From the NCBI RefSeq assembly GCF_009727955.1, contig NZ_WOBR01000012.1, positions 30,570 through 62,569 on the forward strand: 32,000 nt of DNA. Direction: 5' to 3'. Position 1 is the first letter of the stretch. Each line of letters starts with the position of its first letter. This stretch comes from Aliivibrio fischeri. GTDB taxonomy: Bacteria; Pseudomonadota; Gammaproteobacteria; Enterobacterales; Vibrionaceae. The notes below the pieces were generated by a model, which was not told the origin of the DNA, did no database searches, and saw nothing but the letters and a program-made list of their open reading frames with translations. Position numbers and translations under genes: made by a program. Positions 1 to 11,114 of the stretch are shown here, in pieces.

Positions 1-297
1 AACCGTACCTTTTCCTCTTAAATCTAATTCACTACCGCGACCAAAACGCACCGAAAAAACAGCATGGCCTTTAAATATAGCTAATGGGTCTATTTCCCAT
101 TGAACTTGACCATAATTCATTAGTTGCCATGATAATGAATCAACCTGTCCTTTCCATGGTGTTCCTGAAAGCCCAGTTAACTCTAATCCTCTTACTTTAG
201 GGGCTTGCTCTACAACCCACTGGATTGGAATATGCAATAACGCACTAAAAGTAAAAAAAGTAGAAAATACGGTAGCGATTAATAACTTAAACTTCAT
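1..297 (-). CDS. gspN: Type II secretion system protein N (GspN/EpsN), N-terminal part; gene continues past the left edge
   Basis: Minus-strand reading from the ATG at 297..295 gives MKFKLLIATVFSTFFTFSALLHIPIQWVVEQAPKVRGLELTGLSGTPWKGQVDSLSWQ..., typical of GspN; start overlaps the gspM stop; last gene of a gsp operon. Confidence 0.9.
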   Translation of the reverse strand, partial: MKFKLLIATVFSTFFTFSALLHIPIQWVVEQAPKVRGLELTGLSGTPWKGQVDSLSWQLMNYGQVQWEIDPLAIFKGHAVFSVRFGRGSELDLRGKGTV

Positions 298-785
298 GAT
301 GCCTCTCGAGTTAATTGAAGACGGTTCACTTCAACCACGCCTTCCACATCAGTTTTATTTAAATCTAAAAATTGTACATTTATTCCTTGAGAATCGCGTA
401 AAAATGCCAACCAATTAACCAAAGAATTAAAAGGCAATGGTTTTACCCACACTTGCATTTGTTCGCCACGGGGCTGCATACGAATCAACTCAATTTTAAA
501 TTGACGAGTACTGCTTGGTATCACCTGATTCATTGGACGAATTGCAGATTGTGAGCTAGAAGATGCCCCACCTCTTAATGTAATGATCGTATCGGCTTTT
601 TTCTGAACCCACGCTAATAAATTACGTTCATTATTAATTCTATTTTGAGCAAGTTCTGCACGGTCATTTAATGGTTTGATCCCCCCCCAGTAAATAACCG
701 CGATCAACAGTGCTACACCACCGCCAGCAACCAATATACGCTCACGTGGAGAGATACTTTGCCACCATGCCATAAATGCTTTCAT
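294..785 (-). CDS. gspM: Type II secretion system protein M (GspM/EpsM)
   Basis: 163 aa ORF (MKAFMAWWQSISPRERILVAGGGVALLIAVIYW...), short cytoplasmic segment plus one TM helix, located between gspL and gspN. Confidence 0.95.
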   Translation of the reverse strand: MKAFMAWWQSISPRERILVAGGGVALLIAVIYWGGIKPLNDRAELAQNRINNERNLLAWVQKKADTIITLRGGASSSSQSAIRPMNQVIPSSTRQFKIELIRMQPRGEQMQVWVKPLPFNSLVNWLAFLRDSQGINVQFLDLNKTDVEGVVEVNRLQLTREAS

Positions 786-2038
786 TATTGTCTCCTAATG
801 ATAATGGCACCAAAGACTTGGCCGTCATTCTTATTCAATTGACCTTGCTCTACTTCAAATTTAGTTCCTAGCTCTGAAGTCAACTTCTCAAAATATGGGA
901 AATCAGAAGCACTGGCTTGAAGTCGAATTTCATTACGCTTGCCATCAAATTTTAGGCTTTGTAATTTAACTTGAGGAACCTTTGATAAATAAGGTGATAT
1001 TTCTGCCATCCAAGCTAACAAATCATGTCCGCCAGCACCACCTTGTAAACGAGCTTCTTCATTTTTCATCTGAGATTTTAGATAGCTCGCCGTTGGTATT
1101 TTTCGCTTATTAGGAAAAATATCTCGAAAGATACGTTCGCTTTCCGCATGCAAAGCCAAACTATGTTGTTCTAATTTTTGTACTTCAGAAACGTGTTGAG
1201 CAACAAAAGCAACCATAACGAGACCAAGAGACAAAATTACTTTTTGCCATACTCGCCAATGCTTTCTCCATGAAGATTGTGGACGATATGGACCATTTAG
1301 CACGTTTACTTTTGAAGACAACAATCCTTCAGCTAATAATTGCATCACTAACTCAGGGGATTCAAGGCTGACCTTAGTCCCTGCGACTTCCATCTCACAT
1401 TCAGAATAGCTATGAAGAATAAAAGGCATTGGTGATAATTCAGCGTCTTCATCGGTTTCTGAATCTTCATATTTGGTTTCAGCACGATCAACGATACCCG
1501 TCAATAACATGGATACCCATTCAGATTCAGCGACTGCACCTTGGTATTCATGATGACGAATAAGCCATTGCTGATCCAACTGAACCATACTCGCACCATC
1601 ATCATGAAATGGTAAAGCCAATACATCGGGCATAAACCGTTTGGTTTGGATCCCTGCATCGCTCAATTGCTCTAACCACATGGCCATTTTGCTGTGTTCA
1701 ACAATCGCTACTTGAGCGAGCTTGCTGTCTTTTTTCAAAATAACCATATGAAGATCATCAACATCTTGTGCTAAATCATCTTCAATAATAAACGGTAACA
1801 TCGATGAAAACTGACGAGTTGCCCCTTCAGGTATCGCAACTTCACGCAATAACACGTCACTGCTTGGTAAAAGCACAGACACCATGCGTTGCTCACTGTA
1901 TGACGACAACGAAGGTAATTCTTCAGACGAACCTAACTCACCTGAAGCAATCACTTCTTTATTTTCTGGAGACCAGACTATCCATTGAATGGGATCTGAT
2001 GGTTGACTATTCAACCGTATTATCAGATGTTCGCTCAC
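785..2038 (-). CDS. gspL: Type II secretion system protein L (GspL/EpsL)
   Basis: 417 aa ORF; actin-like cytoplasmic domain followed by a TM segment (VILSLGLVMVAFVAQH) and periplasmic domain; operon position. Confidence 0.95.
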   Translation of the reverse strand: MSEHLIIRLNSQPSDPIQWIVWSPENKEVIASGELGSSEELPSLSSYSEQRMVSVLLPSSDVLLREVAIPEGATRQFSSMLPFIIEDDLAQDVDDLHMVILKKDSKLAQVAIVEHSKMAMWLEQLSDAGIQTKRFMPDVLALPFHDDGASMVQLDQQWLIRHHEYQGAVAESEWVSMLLTGIVDRAETKYEDSETDEDAELSPMPFILHSYSECEMEVAGTKVSLESPELVMQLLAEGLLSSKVNVLNGPYRPQSSWRKHWRVWQKVILSLGLVMVAFVAQHVSEVQKLEQHSLALHAESERIFRDIFPNKRKIPTASYLKSQMKNEEARLQGGAGGHDLLAWMAEISPYLSKVPQVKLQSLKFDGKRNEIRLQASASDFPYFEKLTSELGTKFEVEQGQLNKNDGQVFGAIIIRRQ

Positions 2039-3041
2039 TCATTCCTCCATATTGGCGACGGATAACGTTCACCACTTTCTTATCACTGCTATGCAATAAA
2101 GAACGCACACGTACGCGCGAATCTTCTACTAATACTTGAGCATCTAACTCAAAAAACTGACTATCTACGGATAAATAATCTTTTGCTTGTTTACGAACTT
2201 TTTCTTCAACTCGGCTAATTGGTCCTTCAGCAAGAAAATCATCAACCGAGTCCCATCCATCAAATGGACGATCTTCTAATACACTTCTTGCGTCATCTTC
2301 ACTTAAATTTGGGGAAAATAGCGCAACCAATATCTTGGCATTTTCTGGAGCTAAGGTATTTACATTTAAGTACCAATTACCACTTGGTATCGCACAAATT
2401 AGTGGAGATACTTTTTCAACAACTTCCGCTGTAACGCCATTAACGGCACGTAACTCACTGACATCTCCCATCCAACCGTTTGGAGCTAAATATGCAGGTT
2501 TAAACGATTGATAAGTACTGTCTTCAACGCCTGCCATTGAGCGCACAACGTCATCAGGATCTAGATATTCCCATGTGGAGTCAGCAATCACTTCAGCAAG
2601 ATAATTATCTACCTCAACTGACTCTAATAAGTTCATCCATACACTCACCAAAAAAGGGCGTTTGGATGAATCATTACTGGCTTCAACACTGCTTAATGCG
2701 TTTAAGTTAAAGCAAGCTTGTTTGTCTTTTACACCACCATAAGCTTCACCATAATCAAGTGGATAAGTGGTTTCCTCGGTTGCCCACGCTTGGCTTAAAT
2801 TAATTTTATTTCCATCTTTGTAGGCTTCTTCTATTCCGGTTTTTGCTAAGGCTTCAACACCAATAGAGTACCAATACGCTTGCTGATGATTTAACTGATT
2901 CTGAGCTCGATGAAATTGAAGAAATAATCGTTCTGACATTTGGGCTGCAATGGTGGTCATAATGGCTAAAAGCAGCAGTACCACGATCAATGCAACGCCT
3001 TTATTATTTTTAAAATGGGAAATCACGCCTACCTTTCTCAT
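2007..3041 (-). CDS. gspK: Type II secretion system minor pseudopilin K (GspK/EpsK)
   Basis: 344 aa; prepilin-like N-terminus KNNKGVALIVVLLLLAIMTTIAA; large GspK-type domain; operon position; overlaps gspL start. Confidence 0.95.
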   Translation of the reverse strand: MRKVGVISHFKNNKGVALIVVLLLLAIMTTIAAQMSERLFLQFHRAQNQLNHQQAYWYSIGVEALAKTGIEEAYKDGNKINLSQAWATEETTYPLDYGEAYGGVKDKQACFNLNALSSVEASNDSSKRPFLVSVWMNLLESVEVDNYLAEVIADSTWEYLDPDDVVRSMAGVEDSTYQSFKPAYLAPNGWMGDVSELRAVNGVTAEVVEKVSPLICAIPSGNWYLNVNTLAPENAKILVALFSPNLSEDDARSVLEDRPFDGWDSVDDFLAEGPISRVEEKVRKQAKDYLSVDSQFFELDAQVLVEDSRVRVRSLLHSSDKKVVNVIRRQYGGMSERTSDNTVE

Positions 3042-3715
3042 TAGCCACGATCCTCTTTTGAATCATCACTATTTTGATTCACGTTATTATCCAGCTTAAA
3101 TCCCGGAGTAAGGTAAACACGCTCAACGTCACCATAATCTTTAAACGTGAGTATCATTTTAATGGCATTGGGTAATTGATTTTTCATTTCCCATTTTTTT
3201 AGCCACTTTTTACCGTCATAAAATTCAAATTTTAGCTCTTCGATACCGTCAATAAGCGGAGTAATTACCGCTTCCTGGCCAACAGGCGTATCTGGGTATC
3301 GCCACCATAATCGCTCTAATTTATTCTCAATAACTCGATAGCCAACTTTAGTAATTTCACCACGAGGAAAAGCTTGCTGTGGATTTTTCCAACCAAGGCG
3401 TACAAACAAAATGGCTTGGAATTCAGAATCAAGGAAATACTCTCCCGATTTCAATAAAGCTTCCGACGCTTTTTCACCACCAGTTCGAAATGGACGAGCG
3501 ACAATTTGTCGAAAATCGTTATCAAGAAAAACCAAACTGCGTTGGAGCTGTTTAATGCGCTCACTTTTTTCTAATGATTGTTCATTACTGCGTTGCACTT
3601 GATTCACCACTTGATACGCGGCAAAACTCAAGGTCGCAAACACAGCAATAGCGACCATCACTTCAATCAGTGTGAAGCCTTTTGAAAAAGGATGAGAAGA
3701 ATTACGGCGCAACAT
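3041..3715 (-). CDS. gspJ: Type II secretion system minor pseudopilin J (GspJ/EpsJ)
   Basis: 224 aa; type IV prepilin motif KGFTLIEVMVAIAVFATLSF. Confidence 0.95.
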   Translation of the reverse strand: MLRRNSSHPFSKGFTLIEVMVAIAVFATLSFAAYQVVNQVQRSNEQSLEKSERIKQLQRSLVFLDNDFRQIVARPFRTGGEKASEALLKSGEYFLDSEFQAILFVRLGWKNPQQAFPRGEITKVGYRVIENKLERLWWRYPDTPVGQEAVITPLIDGIEELKFEFYDGKKWLKKWEMKNQLPNAIKMILTFKDYGDVERVYLTPGFKLDNNVNQNSDDSKEDRG

Positions 3716-4100
3716 AAGTTCGTACCGTTATTAAAGGGGATTCTTGATCTTTTGTGGTCGACACAGAGACATCCACAGACTTTAAAATATCAGACGTTGT
3801 TTTTACTGGAGCAATTGTCCAATACCATGTTTGCCCTGCCAGCTCAGTCTCTCCCTTCTTCTTCGTTGTCGGTGGTTTATCTAACATCATTAATGCCATT
3901 TGGTTATCCACCACAATGCTTGCAAAGGTTTTTTCTTCTAAATAACTTAATGTATTTATGTGCTGAGTCACCGAGCGCAGCACACTTAGGGCTGCGGTAG
4001 CAAAAATAGCAAGCGCAACTAAGACTTCAAGTAATGTCATGCCTTTATAAGAGGTTCGCTGATATTTCTTATTCCTCATCACGTTCCTCTCCCGGAGCAA
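3702..4100 (-). CDS. gspI: Type II secretion system minor pseudopilin I (GspI/EpsI)
   Basis: 132 aa; prepilin motif KGMTLLEVLVALAIFATAALSVL; operon position. Confidence 0.95.
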   Translation of the reverse strand: MLRERNVMRNKKYQRTSYKGMTLLEVLVALAIFATAALSVLRSVTQHINTLSYLEEKTFASIVVDNQMALMMLDKPPTTKKKGETELAGQTWYWTIAPVKTTSDILKSVDVSVSTTKDQESPLITVRTYVAP

Positions 4101-4668
4101 ATAACTTAATCACCCCTGACTCTTCAACGCGAATAAGCCATGACTTATCATCAAGGTTTCCACGAGCACCTTGCGGAGATAAGCGAAACGAAAAAGGAGT
4201 CACTTCACCACTTGAAAGCACCATGACTTGAGGAGGTGTTGGCTTTTTATCTTTTTCGACATCCGCAAACATCTCTTCATCAAATAAAGAGCCCGGCTCA
4301 AATAGTCGCTCATCATCTGCCCAAGCTGAACCACCAAGCGTCATATCAAACTCTAGCGACTCTTCCATTTTCACTTCTGTAAAAAAGCGGCTTTTCTCAA
4401 TTGGCTGCCAGCCATCTACCATTAATTGCATAAAGCGATATTCTTGTCGCTCTTGATTAAAGTAAATGCCGTAATCCATCCCATTGAGCAAAGCATCCTC
4501 ATTAAGGAGTTGAACAAGTTGATAAAAACGTGAGGCTTCTTCTTCCAGTTGGTCTTCCTGATTATCAGGAAGGCTCATGATAACGGCCATCGAACTAAGC
4601 GATAGCAGCACCAATACCAACATTATTTCGATCAGGGTAAACCCAACCTCACGTTTTATTTTCATCAT
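4069..4668 (-). CDS. gspH: Type II secretion system minor pseudopilin H (GspH/EpsH)
   Basis: 199 aa; prepilin motif VGFTLIEIMLVLVLLSLSSMAVI; operon position. Confidence 0.95.
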   Translation of the reverse strand: MMKIKREVGFTLIEIMLVLVLLSLSSMAVIMSLPDNQEDQLEEEASRFYQLVQLLNEDALLNGMDYGIYFNQERQEYRFMQLMVDGWQPIEKSRFFTEVKMEESLEFDMTLGGSAWADDERLFEPGSLFDEEMFADVEKDKKPTPPQVMVLSSGEVTPFSFRLSPQGARGNLDDKSWLIRVEESGVIKLFAPGEERDEE

Positions 4669-4687
4669 TGTTCTTATTTATGAAGAC

Positions 4688-5140
4688 TTATTGAAAGTCT
4701 TGCATGTTCCAGTTACCAATATCAGCATTCGCACCTTCACCACCTTCTTGGCCATCTGCGCCTAATGTGAAAATATCGATAGTGCCGTTATCACCAGGGC
4801 TTAGGTATTGGTACTCATTACCCCATGGGTCATTCGGTAAACGACGAATGTAGCCGTCTGCACGGTAATTACGAGGCTCTGGAGTTGCTGTTGGTTTTGA
4901 AACTAACGCATCTAAACCTTGGTCTGTCGTTGGATATACGCTGTTATCTAACTTGTACATATCCAGTGAGTTTTCTAGTGCAACAATATCGGTGATCGCT
5001 TTTTGCTGATCGGCTTTCTCTTTGTTACCAAGTAGATTTGGAACCACTAAGCTCGCTAACACACCAAGAATTACAATCACGACCATTACTTCTAACAGTG
5101 TAAAGCCGCCTTGTTTACGTTGAGCTGAATTGACTTGCAT
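4688..5140 (-). CDS. gspG: Type II secretion system major pseudopilin G (GspG/EpsG)
   Basis: 150 aa; GGFTLLEVMVVIVILGVLASLVVPNLLGNKEKAD and C-terminal PGDNGTIDIFTLGADGQEGGEG are GspG hallmarks. Confidence 0.98.
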   Translation of the reverse strand: MQVNSAQRKQGGFTLLEVMVVIVILGVLASLVVPNLLGNKEKADQQKAITDIVALENSLDMYKLDNSVYPTTDQGLDALVSKPTATPEPRNYRADGYIRRLPNDPWGNEYQYLSPGDNGTIDIFTLGADGQEGGEGANADIGNWNMQDFQ

Positions 5141-5202
5141 GGAATAACTCCTAACGTTAAAAATTCATATAAGATAAAAGAAAAGGTAGATAGCAGTGAA
5201 TG

Positions 5203-6417
5203 CTACCCAACCAAATTGTTTAATTCGATTATTGGCATCAATGTCGCAACAACAATAAAGAGAACAATGCCTGCCATAAAGACAATCAATAACGGTTCAA
5301 AAATCCCTAGAGCCATATTAACTAAAGATTCAAAATCTCGGTCCTGATTATCCGCAGAACGCGTTAACATTTGCTCTAACTCGCCACTTTGTTCACCACT
5401 GGCAATCATGTGTAACATCATTGGGGGAAACAGTTTCGTTTGTTCAAGAGAGACTCGTAAACTTGCGCCCTCTCGAACATTGTCTGCCGCTTCTAATACT
5501 TGTTGTTTAAAGTAGGTATTACTCATTACATCTGCAGCGACTTTCATACCATCAAGCAGAGGAATCGCACTTGATGTACAAATGGATAATGTACGAGCAA
5601 AACGAGAGGTATTTAACCCTCGAACCACCTTACCAATAACAGGAAGCTGTAAGATTTTTTTATCCCACGCTAAGCGTAAATGTGGTTTTGTAAGTAACCA
5701 CTTCACACCTGCAATAAAAACAATTACAACCACAACAACCAACAACCCCCAATGAACAACAAAGTTACTGGCTGCCAATAAGACCTCAGTAACCGTTGGA
5801 AGTCCTTGTCCCATTTGCACAAATTGATCAACAATTTTGGGAACGACCGTTGCTAGCAAGAATGAAATTACAGCAATGGCAATCAAAGTTAGCATGATCG
5901 GATAAATCATCGCTTGTTGTAATTTACTGCGCATCTTCTGGCGATTTTCAGCGTAATCCGCTAAACGATTTAATACCGTATCCAAATGGCCTGATTTTTC
6001 ACCTGCAGCCACCATTGAGCAAAACAGATCATCAAATACATGAGGATAATCAGCAAAACTCTCAGCAAGAGGGTAACCTTCAATAACCCGCGAACGCACC
6101 CCCATCATCATGCTACGGATATGCGCTTTTTCACCCTGTTCTGCCACTGCTTTTAAACTCTCTTCAAGTGGCATTCCAGCTTGAACTAAGGTGGCCAATT
6201 GACGAGTGATCAATGATAAATCGTTAACACTGATCCCACGTTTAAAACTCAATCCTTGCGATGCACTTTTTTGCTGCTTAGATTTGGTTTCAATGACTTC
6301 GACAGGGATCAGACCTTGCTCTTTTAATCGCTGACGAACTTGGCGGGCGTTATCTCCCTCCATGACGCCTTTTTTCTGTTTCCCTTTTTCTAACGCTTTA
6401 TATTCAAACGCCGCCAT
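5203..6417 (-). CDS. gspF: Type II secretion system inner membrane protein F (GspF/EpsF)
   Basis: 404 aa; MAAFEYKALEKGKQKKGVMEGDNARQVRQRL, polytopic T2SSF family. Confidence 0.97.
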   Translation of the reverse strand: MAAFEYKALEKGKQKKGVMEGDNARQVRQRLKEQGLIPVEVIETKSKQQKSASQGLSFKRGISVNDLSLITRQLATLVQAGMPLEESLKAVAEQGEKAHIRSMMMGVRSRVIEGYPLAESFADYPHVFDDLFCSMVAAGEKSGHLDTVLNRLADYAENRQKMRSKLQQAMIYPIMLTLIAIAVISFLLATVVPKIVDQFVQMGQGLPTVTEVLLAASNFVVHWGLLVVVVVIVFIAGVKWLLTKPHLRLAWDKKILQLPVIGKVVRGLNTSRFARTLSICTSSAIPLLDGMKVAADVMSNTYFKQQVLEAADNVREGASLRVSLEQTKLFPPMMLHMIASGEQSGELEQMLTRSADNQDRDFESLVNMALGIFEPLLIVFMAGIVLFIVVATLMPIIELNNLVG

Positions 6418-7917
6418 CTATCCTTCCCGAGTGACTCGCATCACCTCTTCTAATGTGGTTATTCCTTTTTGCACTTTTAATAAGCCGTCTTGTTGAATAC
6501 TGCGAGTCGACTTTCTTACTTCTTTTTCTATCGCTTGTTCACCCACTTCTTTGTGGATCAACTCTTGTACTTTTTCATTCACCACTAAAAGTTCATGAAT
6601 ACCAGTACGACCACGATAGCCTTTACCATTACAGTGTTCACAACCAATTGGTTTATATAGCGTTAACTCGTCACTTGCCGAAAGAGAGAACAATTTCTTC
6701 TGCTCTTCATCCGCTTGATACGCTTCTTTACATTCACCACACAGAGTTCGAACGAGACGTTGTGCAAGCACCCCAAGCAGTGAAGATGATATTAAGAAAG
6801 GTTCAATGCCCATATCACGAAGACGAGTAATCGCACCTACCGCTGTATTAGTGTGTAGTGTCGACATTACCAAGTGGCCAGTTAATGAAGCTTGAACGGC
6901 AATTTCTGCGGTTTCTAAATCACGGATCTCACCTATCATTACCACATCAGGGTCTTGACGAAGGATGGCACGTAAACCACGGGCAAACGTCATGTCTACT
7001 TTTGGATTTACTTGTGTTTGACCAATGCCATCTATATCAAATTCGATAGGGTCTTCAACGGTTAAAATATTGGATTGAGAGCTGTCTAGTTCACCTAACC
7101 CTGCATACAAGGTGGTTGATTTACCCGAACCTGTTGGGCCAGTAACTAAAATAATGCCATGTGGACGCTTGATAATATGCTGAAAGTTTTTATGGTTTTC
7201 AGCCGACATACCTAAACTGTTTAAATCCAGTCGAGTTGCGTTCTTATCCAACAAACGCATTACCACGCGCTCACCATGTGATGACGGCATAGTTGATACA
7301 CGCACATCAACAGCGCGACCACCAATACGCAGTGAAATACGACCATCTTGCGGGACTCGTTTTTCAGCAATATCCAATTTCGACATCACTTTTACACGAG
7401 ACACCAATAATGGCGCTAACTTACGGCTTGGGCTTAATACATCACGCAGTACACCATCCACACGGAAACGAATCGACAATACTTTCTCAAACGTTTCAAT
7501 ATGAATATCTGATGCACCCTCTTTAATCGCTTCACCTAACATGGCATTGATTAATTTAATGATCGGCGCATCATCTTCTGATTCTAATAAATCATCATTA
7601 TTTGGTAACTCTTCAGCTAATGAAAAGAAATCGTCACTGTCTGCACCGATATCTTCCATTAACTGCTGAGCTTCTGATGAATTACGTTGATATACCTGAG
7701 TTAACTTAGTATCGAACTCATCTTTGGTTAACTGAATTAATGAAAAACTAGATTGGCAAACACGGCGAATCTCACACAGCACCATAGATGAAGGGGGCGA
7801 TACATAGTACAGCACCCATCCATTAACACTTGATTCAATGACTACCGAATGCCTTTTTGCAAATGAAAAAGGCAAACGAAGTACAGCGTTAGATTCAGGA
7901 AATAATGTATCCGCCAT
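6418..7917 (-). CDS. gspE: Type II secretion system ATPase E (GspE/EpsE)
   Basis: 499 aa; Walker [16 protein letters not shown]-like [25 protein letters not shown], and zinc tetracysteine motif CGEC...CEHC. Confidence 0.98.
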   Translation of the reverse strand: MADTLFPESNAVLRLPFSFAKRHSVVIESSVNGWVLYYVSPPSSMVLCEIRRVCQSSFSLIQLTKDEFDTKLTQVYQRNSSEAQQLMEDIGADSDDFFSLAEELPNNDDLLESEDDAPIIKLINAMLGEAIKEGASDIHIETFEKVLSIRFRVDGVLRDVLSPSRKLAPLLVSRVKVMSKLDIAEKRVPQDGRISLRIGGRAVDVRVSTMPSSHGERVVMRLLDKNATRLDLNSLGMSAENHKNFQHIIKRPHGIILVTGPTGSGKSTTLYAGLGELDSSQSNILTVEDPIEFDIDGIGQTQVNPKVDMTFARGLRAILRQDPDVVMIGEIRDLETAEIAVQASLTGHLVMSTLHTNTAVGAITRLRDMGIEPFLISSSLLGVLAQRLVRTLCGECKEAYQADEEQKKLFSLSASDELTLYKPIGCEHCNGKGYRGRTGIHELLVVNEKVQELIHKEVGEQAIEKEVRKSTRSIQQDGLLKVQKGITTLEEVMRVTREG

Positions 7918-9953
7918 TATTTTTCCTTTTTCTCGTTATCATCAAATTGCTCAGAAAACGCTTGAATTTCAGCAGGGTGATTCAGTTCCTTACCAAAGGT
8001 AGGCAATACTGGAATATTCGCATCATCCATCAGTTTTAGGCCTTTTTCTGCGTTATATAACTGTTCTGCTCGAATGTAGTTATATTTACGCTGAGTGATA
8101 CCATCCGCTGTCATTCCATTACGAATAATGGTTGGCTTAATGAATACCATTAGGTTTTTCTTCTCAACCTGAGTACTGGTTGATTTGAATAGATACCCCA
8201 ACACAGGGATGTCACCTAGGAACGGAACTTTTGATTCGCTCTCAAGCGCACGTTCATCAATCAAACCACCGAGTACTAGCATTTGGCCATCTTGCACCAT
8301 TACCGAGGTATTAAGTTGACGTTTTGCAAAACGCACATCCACAGCACCGTTGGCACCTAACACGTTAGATACTTCTTGTTCGATATCTAAACGAACAGAA
8401 TCACCTTCGTTAATTTGCGGTACCACTTTTAGCTTAATACCCACTTCTTTACGATCAACGGTTTGGAATGGATTGTCATTACTTGAGCCTGCGGTTGACC
8501 CTGTTAATACCGGTACTTCTTCACCCACAATGAATGACGCTTCGCCATTATCCATTACCGTAATACTTGGAGATGAAAGAATGTTTGAATTGGAATCGGT
8601 AGATACTGCTGTAACTAATGCCGCCCAATCGCCCATCATAATACTTACCGCCGCACCTTGAACGCCACCAAGAGCACCAGCTAGTGCATCATAGCTACCT
8701 TCTTCGGTTGTGGTTTCATTTCGAACAAATTTACCATTTTCATCGTAAACAGCAGTCGTAGTTGTTGTATCTTTCGCTTCTTCCAAACCAACCATGGTGG
8801 CACCAATTGACGCCCCCGTGTTGCTGTATTGGATCATCGCACCAGTTTCTAGATTACCCCACTGGACGCCTAGATTAACGCCATCACCTTCTGCTAATTC
8901 AACGATTAAAGCCTCAATCAATACTTGAGCACGACGGATATCCAACTGAGCAATCACATCTTTCATTGCACGCATGACATCAGGCGGTGCAGTGATTACT
9001 AGTGAGTTCGTATCAACGTGTGCAGAAATCATCACATCATTGCGATTTTGTGAACTGCTTTTTTGCTTAGAGCCCTTACTTGCCGATAAGTTATCTGACA
9101 CACCTTTTAATACATCAACCAAATCTTCGGCTTTAGCGTAACGTAAATAGATGACCTGGTTATTACCTTTGGTCGCCATCTCAATATCAAGCTGCTTGAT
9201 TAGTTTCTTCAGACGATTACGCACTTTTGGATCACCCGAAATTAAAATCGAGTTAGTACGCTCATCCGCAACCAATTTAGGTTGTAAGAATGCAGGGGTA
9301 TTTTTGGCATCTGTGGTTTTATTTAGAGCATCAACAATGCGCACCATTTCTGCTGCTGATGCATTATCTAACTCCACCACTTCGACTTCTTTATCACCAG
9401 CACGGTCAACACGTTCGATAATCTCAGCTAAACGGTTAACTACCGCCGCACGACCTGTGATCATAATAATATTGGCAGGGTCGTAGTGAACCACGTTACC
9501 TGCACCCGCATTATCATTAAGTTGACGAAGCAAAGGAGAAAGCTCACGAACAGACACATTACGTACAGCGATAACTCTCGTAATCACCGCATCGCCTTTC
9601 ACTTGATCTTTTGCACCAAGAACAGGAACTGCCGATGTTTTTGCATCTTTATCTTTAATGACCTTTAAAATACCTGAATCCATTTCAACCACAGCGTATC
9701 CATATACCTCAAGTACGCTAAGGAAGAATTGGTAGTATTGTTCTTCATTTAATAAATCGTAGCTACGAACATCAACTTTTCCACGAACAGATGGATCAAC
9801 AATGATGGTCTTTTCTAAATTACGACCAACAATATTGATAAATTCTTGAATGTCTGTCCCTTTAAAACTGGCACTAAAGTCATTTGCAATTGCCGATGTC
9901 CACATCATGCTACTTGCAAGTAATAAGGCTCCCTTGCCCATCCACTTTTTCAC
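7917..9953 (-). CDS. gspD: Type II secretion system secretin D (GspD/EpsD)
   Basis: 678 aa; signal peptide, repeated N domains, secretin domain ([39 protein letters not shown]...[16 protein letters not shown]). Confidence 0.98.
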   Translation of the reverse strand: MKKWMGKGALLLASSMMWTSAIANDFSASFKGTDIQEFINIVGRNLEKTIIVDPSVRGKVDVRSYDLLNEEQYYQFFLSVLEVYGYAVVEMDSGILKVIKDKDAKTSAVPVLGAKDQVKGDAVITRVIAVRNVSVRELSPLLRQLNDNAGAGNVVHYDPANIIMITGRAAVVNRLAEIIERVDRAGDKEVEVVELDNASAAEMVRIVDALNKTTDAKNTPAFLQPKLVADERTNSILISGDPKVRNRLKKLIKQLDIEMATKGNNQVIYLRYAKAEDLVDVLKGVSDNLSASKGSKQKSSSQNRNDVMISAHVDTNSLVITAPPDVMRAMKDVIAQLDIRRAQVLIEALIVELAEGDGVNLGVQWGNLETGAMIQYSNTGASIGATMVGLEEAKDTTTTTAVYDENGKFVRNETTTEEGSYDALAGALGGVQGAAVSIMMGDWAALVTAVSTDSNSNILSSPSITVMDNGEASFIVGEEVPVLTGSTAGSSNDNPFQTVDRKEVGIKLKVVPQINEGDSVRLDIEQEVSNVLGANGAVDVRFAKRQLNTSVMVQDGQMLVLGGLIDERALESESKVPFLGDIPVLGYLFKSTSTQVEKKNLMVFIKPTIIRNGMTADGITQRKYNYIRAEQLYNAEKGLKLMDDANIPVLPTFGKELNHPAEIQAFSEQFDDNEKKEK

Positions 9954-9985
9954 AATACACCCTTATTCATTCTCATCTTTTCAAG

Positions 9986-10894
9986 CTACAGGCCAACAAA
10001 GATGTCATATAATTGTCCATTACGCAGGACAGTTAAGTTTAATTCCGTCATTTCTGACATATTTTTCCACAATGAGCTCATTGCAGCAGGATCGGTTAAA
10101 TCAACCCCATTTAAACTGGTTGCGATATCACCCGGCTTTAAACCAACAGAATCAAATAATTTACGGTCTTTACCAGGGTTCACTCGATACCCTTTAATTT
10201 TTCCATTATCACTCACCTGTGAAAGGCGAATGTATTTCAAAACAGATTGTGGGTTTTGAGCCATTTCTTTACGGATCTTATCCAACTCATCTTGATTCGA
10301 ATTTTGACGATTATTTCCTAATACGGTTCCCGAACTGCCTGTGATATTTCTTTCAGTAGAAATTTTGGTGTATTCAACACCTTCAAGCATCAGTGTTTCA
10401 TCACGGCCATTGTTAGAGATAATAATGCGATCTGCGCTTATCGCTTTAACACTTGCACGGGTACCATCAATGGTTTCATTAATTCCATACGTATTTTGTT
10501 TACCGCGATTAGCTATCACCGCAAGGCTCAATGAAGGCTCTGAACTAGCAACCACACCTGATAGCGTTAAATTCAAGCGCGTTTTTGGCGCATCTTTCAC
10601 TTCAACCGCTTTTGGCTGATCAACTTTTTTCTCTGCATTAAAACGACCAAACACTTGGCTATTAAGCAGTTCAGAAAGCGAATCTTTACCTTGTTTTCCT
10701 TGAGATACAGCAACCGCCACTGTTTTAGGCGTCCACTTAGATACAGACGTTTGTGGGGCTAACATAGACCAAAAAAGAGAGCCACAAATCCACGCAAACC
10801 AAGCAACGAGGATCACCGTCAAACTCTTTGCTATTGTTGATTGATATATCGACCAATATTGAGAAATCTTCTCTATTTTCATATTAGTTATCAT
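9986..10894 (-). CDS. gspC: Type II secretion system protein C (GspC/EpsC)
   Basis: 302 aa; TM segment, HR domain (LFGRF-like VFGRFNAE...), PDZ-like C-terminus (PGKDRKLFDSVGLKPGDIATSLNGVDLTDP). The start may be the first ATG or the internal ATG 12 nt downstream (MKIEKISQ). Confidence 0.95.
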   Translation of the reverse strand: MITNMKIEKISQYWSIYQSTIAKSLTVILVAWFAWICGSLFWSMLAPQTSVSKWTPKTVAVAVSQGKQGKDSLSELLNSQVFGRFNAEKKVDQPKAVEVKDAPKTRLNLTLSGVVASSEPSLSLAVIANRGKQNTYGINETIDGTRASVKAISADRIIISNNGRDETLMLEGVEYTKISTERNITGSSGTVLGNNRQNSNQDELDKIRKEMAQNPQSVLKYIRLSQVSDNGKIKGYRVNPGKDRKLFDSVGLKPGDIATSLNGVDLTDPAAMSSLWKNMSEMTELNLTVLRNGQLYDIFVGL

Positions 10895-10954
10895 TTGGAT
10901 CCTATGTTTCCTTTCTCATCGTCATAAAATGATTAAATGTCTGATTTTATATTT

Positions 10955-10960
10955 ATTATA
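10955..10960 (-). promoter_or_regulatory. Candidate -10 hexamer (TATAAT on the minus strand) for the gsp operon
   Basis: Plus-strand ATTATA = TATAAT on minus, about 60 nt upstream of the gspC start; no convincing -35 at 16-18 nt spacing. Confidence 0.3.
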
Positions 10961-11114
10961 AGAGAACAGCACAGCTTTGCTGTCATTGACGGTATTTTCT
11001 TAAATTACTCGCAGACATATCACGAAATTACATAAATAAAGCACCGTATTAGAGCATTATTTCTCATTAATGACTCTAATTAGATACGATTTTTGATTAA
11101 TTCCCCTCAAAAGA

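Noticed and set aside
1804-9668. Plus-strand ORFs opposite the gsp genes (1804-2139, 6453-6830, 8350-8661, 9151-9486 and others)
   Set aside because: They are antisense shadows of strongly supported gsp coding regions, low-complexity or His/Leu-rich, with no recognisable domain or convincing independent initiation context.
1-10894. Large minus-strand membrane/pilin-like gene cluster as a possible new system
   Set aside because: It is a canonical, apparently intact T2SS operon (gspC through gspN) in standard order; no inserted cargo or unusual genes.
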